From Candidatus Omnitrophota bacterium (GTDB lineage: Bacteria > Omnitrophota > Gorgyraeia > S143-82), in the NCBI GenBank assembly GCA_015494585.1, contig WGAY01000036.1, positions 9,462 to 73,461 on the forward strand: a stretch of DNA of 64,000 bases, given 5' to 3'. The notes under the pieces are model-generated. The model saw only the letters and a program-made list of their open reading frames with translations, was not told the origin of the DNA and searched no databases. The number at the start of each line of letters is the position of its first letter. Position 1 is the first letter of the stretch. Shown here in pieces: positions 20,227 through 29,996 of this stretch. A program made the position numbers and the translations under genes.

Positions 20227-21440
20227 TATCTGGTCTCCTTTTGTACAACTGGGGTTATAACTATTTCGTCCACACCGTCTGCAGAAATACCTTTCACTGG
20301 GATAACCTGCATCCCATCTGGTAAGGCAAAGCGCAGGCTAAATGTGCCATCCGGTCTTAACTTTATCGGTACTCCTTGCACACTGACCTTAGCATCGGGT
20401 TCTGTTGCTCCATAGACGATAAGCTCGGTATTTACCACCATCCAGAACTTACGCGCTTTTTGTCCTTGTTGGGGTCCGTGTATAGAGGCTAGTTGTTCAC
20501 TGCCCCCCCATGAACTTACTGCTCCTGAACCGGCAGCGGAAAATAGCTGTTGGCTCCATAATTGGTGCATCTCAGCCGAACTAAGTCCTGCTCCAAGGCC
20601 TCCGAAACCAATGGATAATCCATATAGTTTAGAGAATAATTCCTCGGGCACTGCCCATTCCTCATCAGTTATCCAGGATGGACCATCCAGGGGAGTACTT
20701 ACTGCATTCGACCTGATTATCGGATAGAAGGAACCATCCCTGCTTACCCACCCCATTTCAGCTATCCAGGTCCTGCCTGGAGCGTTTACATTGATATACC
20801 ACTTCTCAGCTCCGTAAGGAATGGTTATATCAAAGAAGTAGTGGGCATTAGTACCATTGAAGTCAATATAACTGATGTCATAGACCCGCATAACAAAGCT
20901 AGCATCCTGTCTCTTATCTGGAGGGATAATATGCCTCTTTTCCTCTACAAATCCAGGCTGAAGTTCCCAATAAGAAAAGATCCACCAGGGGTCTCTAACC
21001 ATGAGTACAACCTTATTGTCCCCATAATATTGAGGCAGTTCCCGTATATCCTCCAGCTCGATGCCCTTATCCTGCTCATGTTCAGCAATATAATACTTGG
21101 CATCCTCTATCCTTTCCTGAGGGCTCAAAAGCACATCATCAATAGAAGAGACTACCTGTACGGCCGGAGCCCCTATAAGGATGTCCTTGGACTGAAGGCC
21201 ATCTAAAGCCTCGTTAGCTGGCAAGACCTTTTTTCTTATCCTGCGTTTTACGGTCTTGGCAACTGCCTTGACCTTCCTTGCCACGGCCTTGACCTTGCTT
21301 TTGGTACTGGCAGAGACCTTTGCCGTCTTTTTCTTCCCAGTACTAGCAGCCTTTGGCTTTCTCCCTCGCCTTACCGAACGTCTGCGACGTTCAGCAGTAG
21401 AAACAGTATCTTTAGATGTGGAATCTACCTTTCGAGGCAT
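20226..21440 (-). CDS. DUF4912-like protein with a lysine/arginine-rich histone-H1-like N-terminal tail
   Basis: Start chosen at ATG 21440, which is preceded by AGGGAGG 6 nt upstream; the longer ORF would overlap the upstream gene by 29 nt. About 90 aa of K/R/A-rich tail, then MVRDPWWIFSYWELQPG... Confidence 0.6.
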   Translation of the reverse strand: MPRKVDSTSKDTVSTAERRRRSVRRGRKPKAASTGKKKTAKVSASTKSKVKAVARKVKAVAKTVKRRIRKKVLPANEALDGLQSKDILIGAPAVQVVSSIDDVLLSPQERIEDAKYYIAEHEQDKGIELEDIRELPQYYGDNKVVLMVRDPWWIFSYWELQPGFVEEKRHIIPPDKRQDASFVMRVYDISYIDFNGTNAHYFFDITIPYGAEKWYINVNAPGRTWIAEMGWVSRDGSFYPIIRSNAVSTPLDGPSWITDEEWAVPEELFSKLYGLSIGFGGLGAGLSSAEMHQLWSQQLFSAAGSGAVSSWGGSEQLASIHGPQQGQKARKFWMVVNTELIVYGATEPDAKVSVQGVPIKLRPDGTFSLRFALPDGMQVIPVKGISADGVDEIVITPVVQKETR

Positions 21441-21480
21441 AATGCCCTCCCTTGTAGAGTTATTATACAAACCTTTGATA

Positions 21481-21897
21481 TTACTGCGCAGGTTGCGGTT
21501 GAGTGGCAATTTCCTGCTTTTTGTCTTCTGGCAATACCATTAAGGCATTCTTGAGATTCTCTTCTAATGTCTCTTTTAATCTGTTTAACTTCTCAAGTTC
21601 ATTCCTCAAATATTCTATCTCTTTCTTTGACTTGGAGATCTCTGCTTTGAGTTTCTTATTCTCGCTTATCAAGGCCTTATTTTTGCTCATTACCTCCTGG
21701 GCATCTTTTGTGGCCTGTTTAACTGTGGCCTCTAGTTCTCTAACCTTGTTTTCTATAGCCACTCTCTTCTGTTGTTCATCGGCAAGCATGGAATAGGCCT
21801 TCTTGGCCTTTACCGAAGAAAGTAGGCCAAATAACAAAGATAAAATTGTAACCAGAACTAAAATTACAACGCCCCATTTTTTGGTCTCTTCTACCAT
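21481..21897 (-). CDS. Hypothetical membrane-anchored coiled-coil protein
   Basis: N-terminal TM segment (WGVVILVLVTILSLLFGLLS), then a heptad-rich K/E region. Confidence 0.5.
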   Translation of the reverse strand: MVEETKKWGVVILVLVTILSLLFGLLSSVKAKKAYSMLADEQQKRVAIENKVRELEATVKQATKDAQEVMSKNKALISENKKLKAEISKSKKEIEYLRNELEKLNRLKETLEENLKNALMVLPEDKKQEIATQPQPAQ

Positions 21898-21908
21898 TGT
21901 CCCCCTCC

Positions 21909-22598
21909 TTATTTGAGTTCTTCTTCCTCACCCCTGACGACATTATTGCCCTCTATAGGCGTGGTATCTGGCTGTACTTTTTGCAGTTCAGGCAGTATTA
22001 CTATCTCCACCCTACGGTTTTTCTTTCGCCCTTCAGGAGTATCATTGGAAGCAATGGGTTTATACTCCCCATAGCCAATTGCAGTTAATCGATTAGGCGG
22101 AACGCCTTTTTTCTCTAGATAATGCAGGACATTTACTGCCCTGGCTAGTGAAAGCTCCCAATTCGACTTCCAACCAGAGTATTTTATCGGTTGATTGTCT
22201 GTATGTCCTTCGATCCCTATATTTCTATCGGCAATCTTATTAGTCAATATATAGGCAACCTTGTCGAGAACCGGATAGGCCTCTGGTTTGATATCTGCCT
22301 TTCCAGAATCGAACAAAATATCAGAGGTAAGGGTAATGACAATCCCTCTATTTGTAAGATTTAAACTAACATCTTTATTGGCTATCTCCTCTTTCAATCG
22401 CTTTTCCAAAAGGGCCTTTATCTTTTTTAGCTCTTCTAATTCGCTCTGCTTGATCTGAACCTCTTTTTGTGTCTCTGAGAGTTTGCTTTCTAGTTCAGAG
22501 ATTTTCTCAACATCCGAAGAGAGTCGCTTTTGTATAACAATCGAACAACCCGGGAAAAAGAAAACCCCTAAAAACAGTGCCAAAATCCACCTTATCAT
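21909..22598 (-). CDS. OmpA/MotB-domain lipoprotein with a coiled-coil linker
   Basis: Lipobox (FFPGCS), a coiled-coil segment, and a C-terminal OmpA-like peptidoglycan-binding motif (GHTDNQPI...NWELSLARA...NRRVEIVI). Confidence 0.8.
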   Translation of the reverse strand: MIRWILALFLGVFFFPGCSIVIQKRLSSDVEKISELESKLSETQKEVQIKQSELEELKKIKALLEKRLKEEIANKDVSLNLTNRGIVITLTSDILFDSGKADIKPEAYPVLDKVAYILTNKIADRNIGIEGHTDNQPIKYSGWKSNWELSLARAVNVLHYLEKKGVPPNRLTAIGYGEYKPIASNDTPEGRKKNRRVEIVILPELQKVQPDTTPIEGNNVVRGEEEELK

Positions 22599-22671
22599 AT
22601 TTCCCTCCTATATACTCAACATTTTCGTGAACAAATATGGTAACACAGGCCCATAAAAAAACAAGCAAAAT

Positions 22672-23073
22672 TGGTGGAGGTGCGGGGAATCGAACCCCGG
22701 TCCCTATCGCGGATGCAGGAGAGGCCCTACATGCTTAGTTGCCCTATTGGATTTCACTGCAGGCATGCCGGGCAACGGGCTTACCTGCAGCTAGCCTTTT
22801 AATACTCCTAAGGTACAAAGGCAAACTCCCTTAAGAGGCTGCTATAGTTCTCTGCTGTGCAGGCCTAACAGCAAACCCACACAACAGGCCTTGTTAATTA
22901 CCTAACAAGGGCTGGAGCAAAGGCCATAGGCATTGCACCTGCGTTTGCAATAGCCTCTGCCTCTGCAATGAGTGCTTCATCGGCACTTATTTTACGGGTT
23001 TTTTACGAGGCCACCCGAACCTCGGCATGCTCCTCTCGAGCACCTTTCGCATAGGTCGAGTCCGTACACCCCC
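22672..23073 (-). ncRNA. ssrA: tmRNA (ssrA)
   Basis: Minus-sense 5' end GGGGGUGUACGGACUCGACC and 3' end GGGUUCGAUUCCCCGCACCUCCACCA. The acceptor stem pairs 5' GGGGGUG with CACCUCC and includes the G3:U70 alanine identity pair. A T-arm-like GGGUUCGAUUCCC is present, as is an internal ORF-like segment GCAAACGCAGGU...UAA. Confidence 0.85.
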
Positions 23074-23171
23074 ATATTGTCAAAGTACAACAAAATCAAT
23101 AAGATTTGACCTTATATTATAATACACGGGGAGTGGTAAAAAAGCAATAAAATTTATCAGACGGAAACTGG

Positions 23172-24260
23172 TTATCTCTTAATAACTGAATCAATCAATA
23201 CATCCAATCCTTCGCTAAACCTACGGAAACTAAACCGCTCAACATAATCAGGAAGTAATTTCTTCTTTTCTGACAATGATCTCTTATCGCCTACTATCAT
23301 ATTCAAAAACTTTGCTATCGAATTACTGTCTCCCTCTCGAATCAGAAATCCGACATCCTCATTAACGACTTCCTGTAACCCCCCTACCCGCGTTGCCAGG
23401 ACAGGTATACCAAGCTCCATTGCCTCAAGGGCCGCTAGGCCAAAACCCTCCTGACGGGATGGCATCAAAAAGAGATCAATAGCCGACCAGAATAATGCCT
23501 TATCTAAGGCGGTAGACTGATAGCAAAAGACCTTGCCCTGCAAGCTAGGATCTTTTAGATATTCCTTTAACTGCCCATCATAACGGACATCACTGGTAGT
23601 AAAGAAAAGCAAACATACTCCTTCCACGCTTTTCATTGCCTCTAAAGCAATATCCCAGCCCTTCACAGGTGAAAGTCTAGACAGCATTCCAACGACTAAC
23701 CTGTCTTCTGGCAGACCAAGATTTTGCCTGGCAATATCCCGTACCTGCAAGACCTTCTTCTTCAATAAATTCATTTCATCGGGATCAAGGCAATTATACA
23801 GGACTTCTATGCGGCCACTGTCATATCCCAGTTCAGTAATAAGCCAATCCTTTACTGCAGAGGATACAGCGATTGTAATATTTCCTTGGCACCTGAAAAT
23901 CCTCCGGCCAAGATTAGAGGAATAAAGTCCATGGGCCGTTGTAATATATGGTACTTTCTTTTTTCTAGAAACAATTGCAGATAAAACCGAGGTTATGCGT
24001 GTATGGGCCCATAATAGATTTACCCCCTCGCGAGAAACTATCTCCTCAATTCTACGATAAAGCATCAAATTATGAAAAGAAAACGCATTTTTCCCCTTAA
24101 TAGGAATTATATAATGCCTAACTCTACTCGAACATAATCCACCAGCCGTAGCAAGTAGCACACTATGGCCTCTCTCCTCAAGGGCCCTTTTTGCGGTAAG
24201 GATGTAGCTGGTAATACCACCTGGATTTATGTGATTTGAAAGGATCAAAATTTTAGCCAT
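23172..24260 (-). CDS. GT4-family glycosyltransferase
   Basis: N-terminal GT-B fold and a C-terminal E(x7)E-like region (SRQEGFGLAALEAMELGIPVLAT). Confidence 0.85.
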   Translation of the reverse strand: MAKILILSNHINPGGITSYILTAKRALEERGHSVLLATAGGLCSSRVRHYIIPIKGKNAFSFHNLMLYRRIEEIVSREGVNLLWAHTRITSVLSAIVSRKKKVPYITTAHGLYSSNLGRRIFRCQGNITIAVSSAVKDWLITELGYDSGRIEVLYNCLDPDEMNLLKKKVLQVRDIARQNLGLPEDRLVVGMLSRLSPVKGWDIALEAMKSVEGVCLLFFTTSDVRYDGQLKEYLKDPSLQGKVFCYQSTALDKALFWSAIDLFLMPSRQEGFGLAALEAMELGIPVLATRVGGLQEVVNEDVGFLIREGDSNSIAKFLNMIVGDKRSLSEKKKLLPDYVERFSFRRFSEGLDVLIDSVIKR

Positions 24261-24263
24261 AGA

Positions 24264-24488
24264 TTATATCCAGCTTCCACAGACACTGCACTTCTGTGGA
24301 CCTTCTCCTTTTTTTTCACAAATGGCATTGCAATAAGGACATTTTTTGACATCTGCCCTAGAAATAGTGCGGTTGCTGTTATCACGACTTTTTTCTCTCC
24401 AGTAATCTCTTGCCCACAGATAAAAAAGAGCCCCTATCCATAGACTCAAAAAAAAGACTATCCATACAGCAAAAGGGACCTTTAACAT
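24264..24488 (-). CDS. Small membrane protein with a C-terminal zinc-ribbon
   Basis: One TM segment (VWIVFFLSLWIGALFYLW) and CPYC...CSVCG. Confidence 0.5.
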   Translation of the reverse strand: MLKVPFAVWIVFFLSLWIGALFYLWARDYWREKSRDNSNRTISRADVKKCPYCNAICEKKGEGPQKCSVCGSWI

Positions 24489-24494
24489 ATACCA

Positions 24495-24778
24495 ATTATC
24501 CCGGACTATGCATTAGGATTTCTTTTTCTTCCATCGATTTGTTAATCAATTCTCTTTCCTTATCCAAATATAACTCAAATCTAAAATCTCAAAAGTCAAA
24601 TCCACATCTTAAAACTTAAATCTTTTATTTTATCCTTTCTCTTCTCTTCATCGTCAGCTGAGCTTTTAATTCTTGCAATCCGTTTTTACCCTCCTTGGCT
24701 CCGCTTTCTCTTATACTCTATTTTAAAACAGTTTTGAGCTTTGAGTTGTGGTTTTTAGTTTTTAGTTAATATTAGTAT
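24495..24778 (-). repeat. Copy B of the roughly 300 bp repeated intergenic leader-like element
   Basis: Aligns with copy A from CCCAAATTATAC through GAGTTGTGGTTTTTAG to CTAATGCATAGTCCGG. Confidence 0.65.
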
Positions 24779-24787
24779 AATTTGGGG

Positions 24788-26119
24788 TTACAGTTTCTCG
24801 GCTGCAAGGGAGGCAATGTCACTTCGCTCACTCTTTGTCAACATAATATGTCCAAAAAGACGCTCTCCCCGCAGGCGCTGCACACAATAGCTCAACCCAT
24901 TGCTAGCAGCATCTAAATAAGGACTGTCTATTTGATAGGGATCTCCTGTAAGTACTATCTTGCTCCTCTCCCCGACTCTCGAGATAATAGTCTTTACCTC
25001 ATGGGGAGAAAGGTTCTGGGCCTCATCTATTAATATGTATTGAGAAGGAATGCTCCTCCCGCGCATATAGGTAAGGGCCTCTATTTCTATTATCCCCTCT
25101 TCCAGGAATTTTTCTACCTCTATCTTAGAAAATTCCTTATGTCTGCCTTTGTGCTGGCGGTTGTTTAAAATAAATTCCAAATTATCGTATATTGGTCCCA
25201 TCCAGTTTGATAGTTTCTCTTCCTTTGTACCAGGCAAATACCCTATGTCTCTTCCTAGAGGCATTACAGGACGTGACACAAGCATCCTAGTGTAACTCTC
25301 CTCATCTATAACTTTATGCAAACCCGCCGCCAGGGCAAGCAAGGTCTTTCCTGTCCCTGCCGCACCCACCAGGGTAACCAGCTTTATGCTTTCATCCAAA
25401 AGCAGATGGAAGGCCATTACCTGTTCCTTATTTCTAGGTTTTATAGACCATATGGCCCCAGCTTTGTTTACAAGCGGAACCAATTTATTCTTCTCTGCCT
25501 TATAGATAGCAATTCCACTGTGATTGGGATTGTCTTCGTCTCGAACTACAATAAATTCGTTTGCAAACAATTCTATCTCCTGCTGCAGGGATAATTCCCC
25601 CTTTGAGAATAGTGTATCCATCTCTGTAAACGGCAGATAGATCTCACGCCATCCCTTATAAAGTTCGTCAAATTCGACCCTATCCTTCACAAAATCCTCT
25701 GCCCGTATACCAAAGGCATTTGCCTTTACCCTTAGATTTATATCTTTAGTAATAAAAATAACCTCTGTACTTGGGTCCTCTTTTTGAAGCAGATAAACGG
25801 TCATAAGCATCCTGTTGTCCGCAAGGTCCGGGCTTATACGAAGTGCCCTAGCCGCTTCACTTAGATCCAAAAAAGAAGGTATTCTGAGTCTTCCTCCATT
25901 CTCAAGGGAGACTCCCTCAGAAAAATTCCCCTGGCGTCTAAATGTATCGAGGGTCCTTATCACATCACGGGCATTCCTCCCTAGCTCATCGTCAACCCTC
26001 TTAAATTTATCTAGCTCCTCTAGGACCTCTATGGGGAGAATCACCTCGTTTTTGCCAAAAGAAAATAGTGCATTACTAGAGTGCAACAATACATTGGTAT
26101 CAATCACAAATCTTTTCAT
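24788..26119 (-). CDS. PhoH2-type protein (N-terminal PIN domain + PhoH ATPase)
   Basis: PIN segment (MKRFVIDTNVLLHS...) and PhoH Walker A (LVGAAGTGKTLLALAAG). The internal ATG start was chosen so that the gene does not overlap hisF. Confidence 0.85.
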   Translation of the reverse strand: MKRFVIDTNVLLHSSNALFSFGKNEVILPIEVLEELDKFKRVDDELGRNARDVIRTLDTFRRQGNFSEGVSLENGGRLRIPSFLDLSEAARALRISPDLADNRMLMTVYLLQKEDPSTEVIFITKDINLRVKANAFGIRAEDFVKDRVEFDELYKGWREIYLPFTEMDTLFSKGELSLQQEIELFANEFIVVRDEDNPNHSGIAIYKAEKNKLVPLVNKAGAIWSIKPRNKEQVMAFHLLLDESIKLVTLVGAAGTGKTLLALAAGLHKVIDEESYTRMLVSRPVMPLGRDIGYLPGTKEEKLSNWMGPIYDNLEFILNNRQHKGRHKEFSKIEVEKFLEEGIIEIEALTYMRGRSIPSQYILIDEAQNLSPHEVKTIISRVGERSKIVLTGDPYQIDSPYLDAASNGLSYCVQRLRGERLFGHIMLTKSERSDIASLAAEKL

Positions 26120-26147
26120 CCCACTTCCCTTCTGTTGATATCGTAAA

Positions 26148-26909
26148 TCAAGCCTCTCTGACCTCAACCCCTCTAGTTTTGAGATAATCCTTTAGCTCAG
26201 ATATACTCAATTCATTATAGTGGAACAAAGATGCCGCAAGGGCTGCATCGGCTCCACCTTCTGTAAGGGCAGTATAAAAATCCTCCTTACTGCCTGCCCC
26301 ACCTGATGCAATGACTGGGATGGATACTGCTGAACTAACCGCACGTGTAAGTTCTATATCGTATCCCGCCTTAGTACCATCTCTATCCATGCTGGTCAAC
26401 AGGATCTCTCCCGCGCCTAAATCCTCCGCCCTCTTTGCCCACTCAACCGCATCCAGACCCGTATCTATTCTGCCCCCTTCAACAAATACATTCCAGGCCC
26501 CTTCCCTTACCTGTTTGGCATCTATAGCAACCACTATACATTGTCTCCCAAAGCGCCTTGCGCCATCCTTTATAAGAGAGGGATTACGCATAGCAGAAGT
26601 ATTAATAGAGACCTTATCCGCTCCAGCTAGAAGGAGATTTCGGATATCCTCTACAGTCCTTACCCCCCCACCAACCGTCAGAGGCATAAATACCTGCTCG
26701 GCTGTCCTCCTTACCACATCTATTATAATTCCTCTCTTTTCATAGCTTGCCGTTATATCCAGAAACACCAGTTCATCAGCTCCTTGCTCATCGTAGACAA
26801 CTGCATTTTCGACTGGATCGCCGGCATCCCTTAAGTCCAAAAAGTTTATCCCCTTTACCACACGTCCTTCCTTTACATCCAAACACGGTATTATACGCCT
26901 GGCCAGCAT
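26148..26909 (-). CDS. hisF: Imidazole glycerol phosphate synthase cyclase subunit
   Basis: [20 protein letters not shown]...VGGGV...ASGGAG. Confidence 0.95.
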   Translation of the reverse strand: MLARRIIPCLDVKEGRVVKGINFLDLRDAGDPVENAVVYDEQGADELVFLDITASYEKRGIIIDVVRRTAEQVFMPLTVGGGVRTVEDIRNLLLAGADKVSINTSAMRNPSLIKDGARRFGRQCIVVAIDAKQVREGAWNVFVEGGRIDTGLDAVEWAKRAEDLGAGEILLTSMDRDGTKAGYDIELTRAVSSAVSIPVIASGGAGSKEDFYTALTEGGADAALAASLFHYNELSISELKDYLKTRGVEVREA

Positions 26910-26910
26910 T

Positions 26911-27495
26911 CTAATCCTCCAGAATATCCTTCATCATCTTCCGAACAAGAGACAGGGGAAAGCCCATCACATTATAAAAACAACCTTCTATTCTATTAAT
27001 AAAAGAGCCAGCAAATCCCTGTATGCCAAACCCTCCTGCCTTATCCAATACATCTTCTCGTCTTAAATATTCATCTATATCCTCATTTGACAAGGCATCC
27101 ATGAAAACCTTGGTTTTCTCTACGCCACATCTAACTTTATCACGATAAACCATATAAACACCCGTTAAAACCCAATGGGGATTTCTAGAGAGAAAATACA
27201 AAAATTCCTTTGCCTGAGACAAATCTGATGGCTTCCCAAATATCCTACCACAGAATACCACCGTATCTGCTGATATAAGCAGGGTATTCCTCTTTAAATT
27301 GCCAATTACTGACTCGGCCTTTACCCTGGCATTCTCCAACACCACTGACTCGGCTTGCCCCAGGTTTTCAGCAAAGTCTTTTTCCTTACACCCAGCTGGA
27401 ACAATCACATCAAAAGGCAAGCCAAAATAAGAAAACAGCTCCCTTCTTCTGGGAGAACCCGAAGCAAGAATAATCTCAACAGCATGCTTCAACAT
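26911..27495 (-). CDS. maf: Maf-like nucleoside triphosphate pyrophosphatase
   Basis: [13 protein letters not shown]...ADTVV...K.... Confidence 0.9.
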   Translation of the reverse strand: MLKHAVEIILASGSPRRRELFSYFGLPFDVIVPAGCKEKDFAENLGQAESVVLENARVKAESVIGNLKRNTLLISADTVVFCGRIFGKPSDLSQAKEFLYFLSRNPHWVLTGVYMVYRDKVRCGVEKTKVFMDALSNEDIDEYLRREDVLDKAGGFGIQGFAGSFINRIEGCFYNVMGFPLSLVRKMMKDILED

Positions 27496-27496
27496 A

Positions 27497-28669
27497 TTAT
27501 CTACGCTTTAACTCCTCGATTTTCCTGTGAAGTAGAAATTTCTGTTGTGGAGAAAGTTGGGAAAGAAATACCCCCACCTGGTATACACCATCACCTATAT
27601 GCCGTTTCCATACGGTCTTAGCATCAACCAACAACCTCTCCCCATCACTAAATACTATTTCTAAATCATACAGCCCGCCTTCTTCTATCTCCACATTGGC
27701 AAAAAACATCATTCCCACTATACATATGTTTCTTGCCATTATCTTGTGTCCCTTACCAGAGGTATCGTAAAGCATAACGCGGACAGAATCTGTATCATCT
27801 AAATCCACCCTCTCCCAGTATCTCCTATTCCTAAAACTAATGCTTTTGTCTTGTTTCACAATAATACTAGTATCTCCACCTTTCTCTTTGGCCTGATACA
27901 GGGCATCATCTGCTACCCTGAAAAATTCCCTTACATTTGCATAGTCAGGAGAATATTCTACAATACCCGCACTAAAACTAAAGGAATTGTCTATACCTTC
28001 TATCTTAAATATCTCACTGTGTTCTCGTAATTTATTTTTTATGCTATCCAACCTCTCCTGAGCCAGTTCACCCGAACTACCAGGGAAAATAACCAGGAAT
28101 TCATCTCCACCATATCTAGTGACTATATCCGTAGGCTGAAGATTTTTCAAAAGGAATTTCCCAAACAGCCTCAGAAGCATATCCCCCTGAACACTTCCAA
28201 GACGCTCGTTCACCTTCTTAAAGTTATCTAAGTCAATAATTGCAATTGTCAAGGGCCTACTATGTTCTCTGATCTTTTCTATCTCATTCTCTAATACATC
28301 CAGCGCATAAAAGGTATTTCTTAATAGATCTTCTTCGTAACACCTGGAAATGTTTACTACTCGTTTGTTTCTCAGAGAAGCATAAAGTAATACGCCGATA
28401 GATATAAAAAATAATATCTTCGATGGAAGTAATCTTAGGGCCCATTCCCTGATCTGAACATCTACCAAGAACAACGTCTCAAAGAGTACATAGACCGAAA
28501 CAAGGCTAGACCAGAAAAGAGCGGGTTTCCCTCCCCACCACAAACCAACAAAGATTATAGGCAGACCGTAAAAATAATCTATTCCTAAGCCATAAGGACC
28601 TGCAGAGAGGGAAAACAAAAACAAACCCAGATATATGGCTGCAATAAAAAGAATCTGTCTTATATTCAT
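27497..28669 (-). CDS. Membrane diguanylate cyclase (GGDEF) with a C-terminal PilZ-like domain
   Basis: Polytopic N-terminal region, then RYGGDEFLVIF with an upstream RxxD-like segment. The C-terminal roughly 100 aa (RRYWERVDLD...LYDTSGKGHKI...) is PilZ-like. Confidence 0.75.
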   Translation of the reverse strand: MNIRQILFIAAIYLGLFLFSLSAGPYGLGIDYFYGLPIIFVGLWWGGKPALFWSSLVSVYVLFETLFLVDVQIREWALRLLPSKILFFISIGVLLYASLRNKRVVNISRCYEEDLLRNTFYALDVLENEIEKIREHSRPLTIAIIDLDNFKKVNERLGSVQGDMLLRLFGKFLLKNLQPTDIVTRYGGDEFLVIFPGSSGELAQERLDSIKNKLREHSEIFKIEGIDNSFSFSAGIVEYSPDYANVREFFRVADDALYQAKEKGGDTSIIVKQDKSISFRNRRYWERVDLDDTDSVRVMLYDTSGKGHKIMARNICIVGMMFFANVEIEEGGLYDLEIVFSDGERLLVDAKTVWKRHIGDGVYQVGVFLSQLSPQQKFLLHRKIEELKRR

Positions 28670-28896
28670 CTTATAAGCACCTCTACAACTTTATTTCTGC
28701 TCTTATGTCCTTTGACTATTTTAATACATCTTTTCGGAACATCCAAATATTCACTTAGGACATCGATTAACTGGGAATTGGCCTTATCGTCAAGAGGAGG
28801 TGCTGTTAAATATACCTTTAGAAGACCATTGTCCTGTCTGACGCTGATCTTTTTGGCCCGCGGTATAACTTTAACTTCAATAGTATATCTATTCAT
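28666..28896 (-). CDS. DUF167/YggU family protein
   Basis: 76 aa; the KVIPRAKK...LKVYLTAPPLDDKAN..LI layout matches YggU. Confidence 0.75.
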   Translation of the reverse strand: MNRYTIEVKVIPRAKKISVRQDNGLLKVYLTAPPLDDKANSQLIDVLSEYLDVPKRCIKIVKGHKSRNKVVEVLIR

Positions 28897-28912
28897 ATTG
28901 ATTCACATCTAA

Positions 28913-29983
28913 TCATTGACTCATTGCCTGGGTCAATGTAAATAATGGAAGGAACATAGAAATCACTATGAATCCGACAATCAATCCCATAGAAACTATC
29001 AAAAATGGTTCCAATATAGAAGTAAACGAGGAAACCATCAAATCTATCTCCTCGTCGTATATCTCGGCTATCTTCGATAACATCTCTGGTAGTGAGCCGG
29101 TCTCTTCTCCTATGCTTATCATCTCTACTACAAGAGGGGGAAATATAAAAGATTGAGCCTTTAGATAAGAACTTAGATCTTCTCCTTCCGAGACAACAAA
29201 TATAAGCCTTTGAATGATAGACTTAAACACGTCATTATTCACAGTACCTCTAACAACCTCCAAGGCGTCTATAACCGGCACACCACTTAGCAACAATGTA
29301 CCCAGGGTCTGAGAAAACCGACTTATATAGAACCTCTTCAATAGATTACCAATTAGAGGGATCCTCAGTTTAATCATATCCACTTTGTATTTAATCCTAG
29401 GAAACCGCAATAGAAACCTATAAACTGTCCATAGCGATAATATGAAGAGCAGGCCTATCCACCACTTACTTCTCAAAAAATCAGATACACCAAGCAAAAA
29501 TTTTGTCGGTAGAGGGAGGGCCTGATCATACTCCTTAAACATCTTCATAAAGGTAGGGACAACTACTGTCATTATTATAAAGACAATCAAAAACGCAACT
29601 AATAGAATAAAAGCAGGATATATAAGAGCAGAAAAGACCTTTTTGTTAGTCCTTTCTTGTTTCTCCAAGAACACCGCTAGACGCTGAAAAATATCATCTA
29701 GAATTCCTCCAACCTCAGCTACCTTTATCATATTCACATAGTAATCGGGAAAGATTTTGGGATAACGCTGCATCACCTCTGAGAGTTTTTCGCCCTGTTC
29801 CACTTGAAGTGCAATTGAACGCACTATCGATGAGAAATAGGGATCAGCCATTTGATTGGCAAGGGTATGAAGGGCTCGAACAAGTGGCAGCCCTGCCCTT
29901 AACATTATAGACAATTGGCGGGTAAAGTAAACAAGCTGCCCAGAAGTTATCCTTCCAGACAGCTTGGTCAAAAACTTCAACAT
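28913..29983 (-). CDS. Type II secretion / type IV pilus platform protein (GspF/PilC family)
   Basis: Two T2SSF-like repeats (QLSIMLRAGLPLVRAL and FSQTLGTLLLSGVPVIDAL) with three TM regions. Confidence 0.8.
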   Translation of the reverse strand: MLKFLTKLSGRITSGQLVYFTRQLSIMLRAGLPLVRALHTLANQMADPYFSSIVRSIALQVEQGEKLSEVMQRYPKIFPDYYVNMIKVAEVGGILDDIFQRLAVFLEKQERTNKKVFSALIYPAFILLVAFLIVFIIMTVVVPTFMKMFKEYDQALPLPTKFLLGVSDFLRSKWWIGLLFILSLWTVYRFLLRFPRIKYKVDMIKLRIPLIGNLLKRFYISRFSQTLGTLLLSGVPVIDALEVVRGTVNNDVFKSIIQRLIFVVSEGEDLSSYLKAQSFIFPPLVVEMISIGEETGSLPEMLSKIAEIYDEEIDLMVSSFTSILEPFLIVSMGLIVGFIVISMFLPLFTLTQAMSQ

Positions 29984-29996
29984 GTTCGCTGTATTA

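Noticed and set aside
11037-24778. Possibility that the three repeated elements form a CRISPR array or an IS/prophage boundary
   Set aside because: The units are about 300 bp, 3-10 kb apart and each upstream of a gene. There are no short direct repeats with unique spacers, and no cas, integrase or transposase genes nearby.
24788-26167. Longest ORF for phoH2 starting at 26167
   Set aside because: It overlaps the hisF stop by 20 nt. The internal Met (MKRFVIDTNV) is the canonical PIN-domain start.
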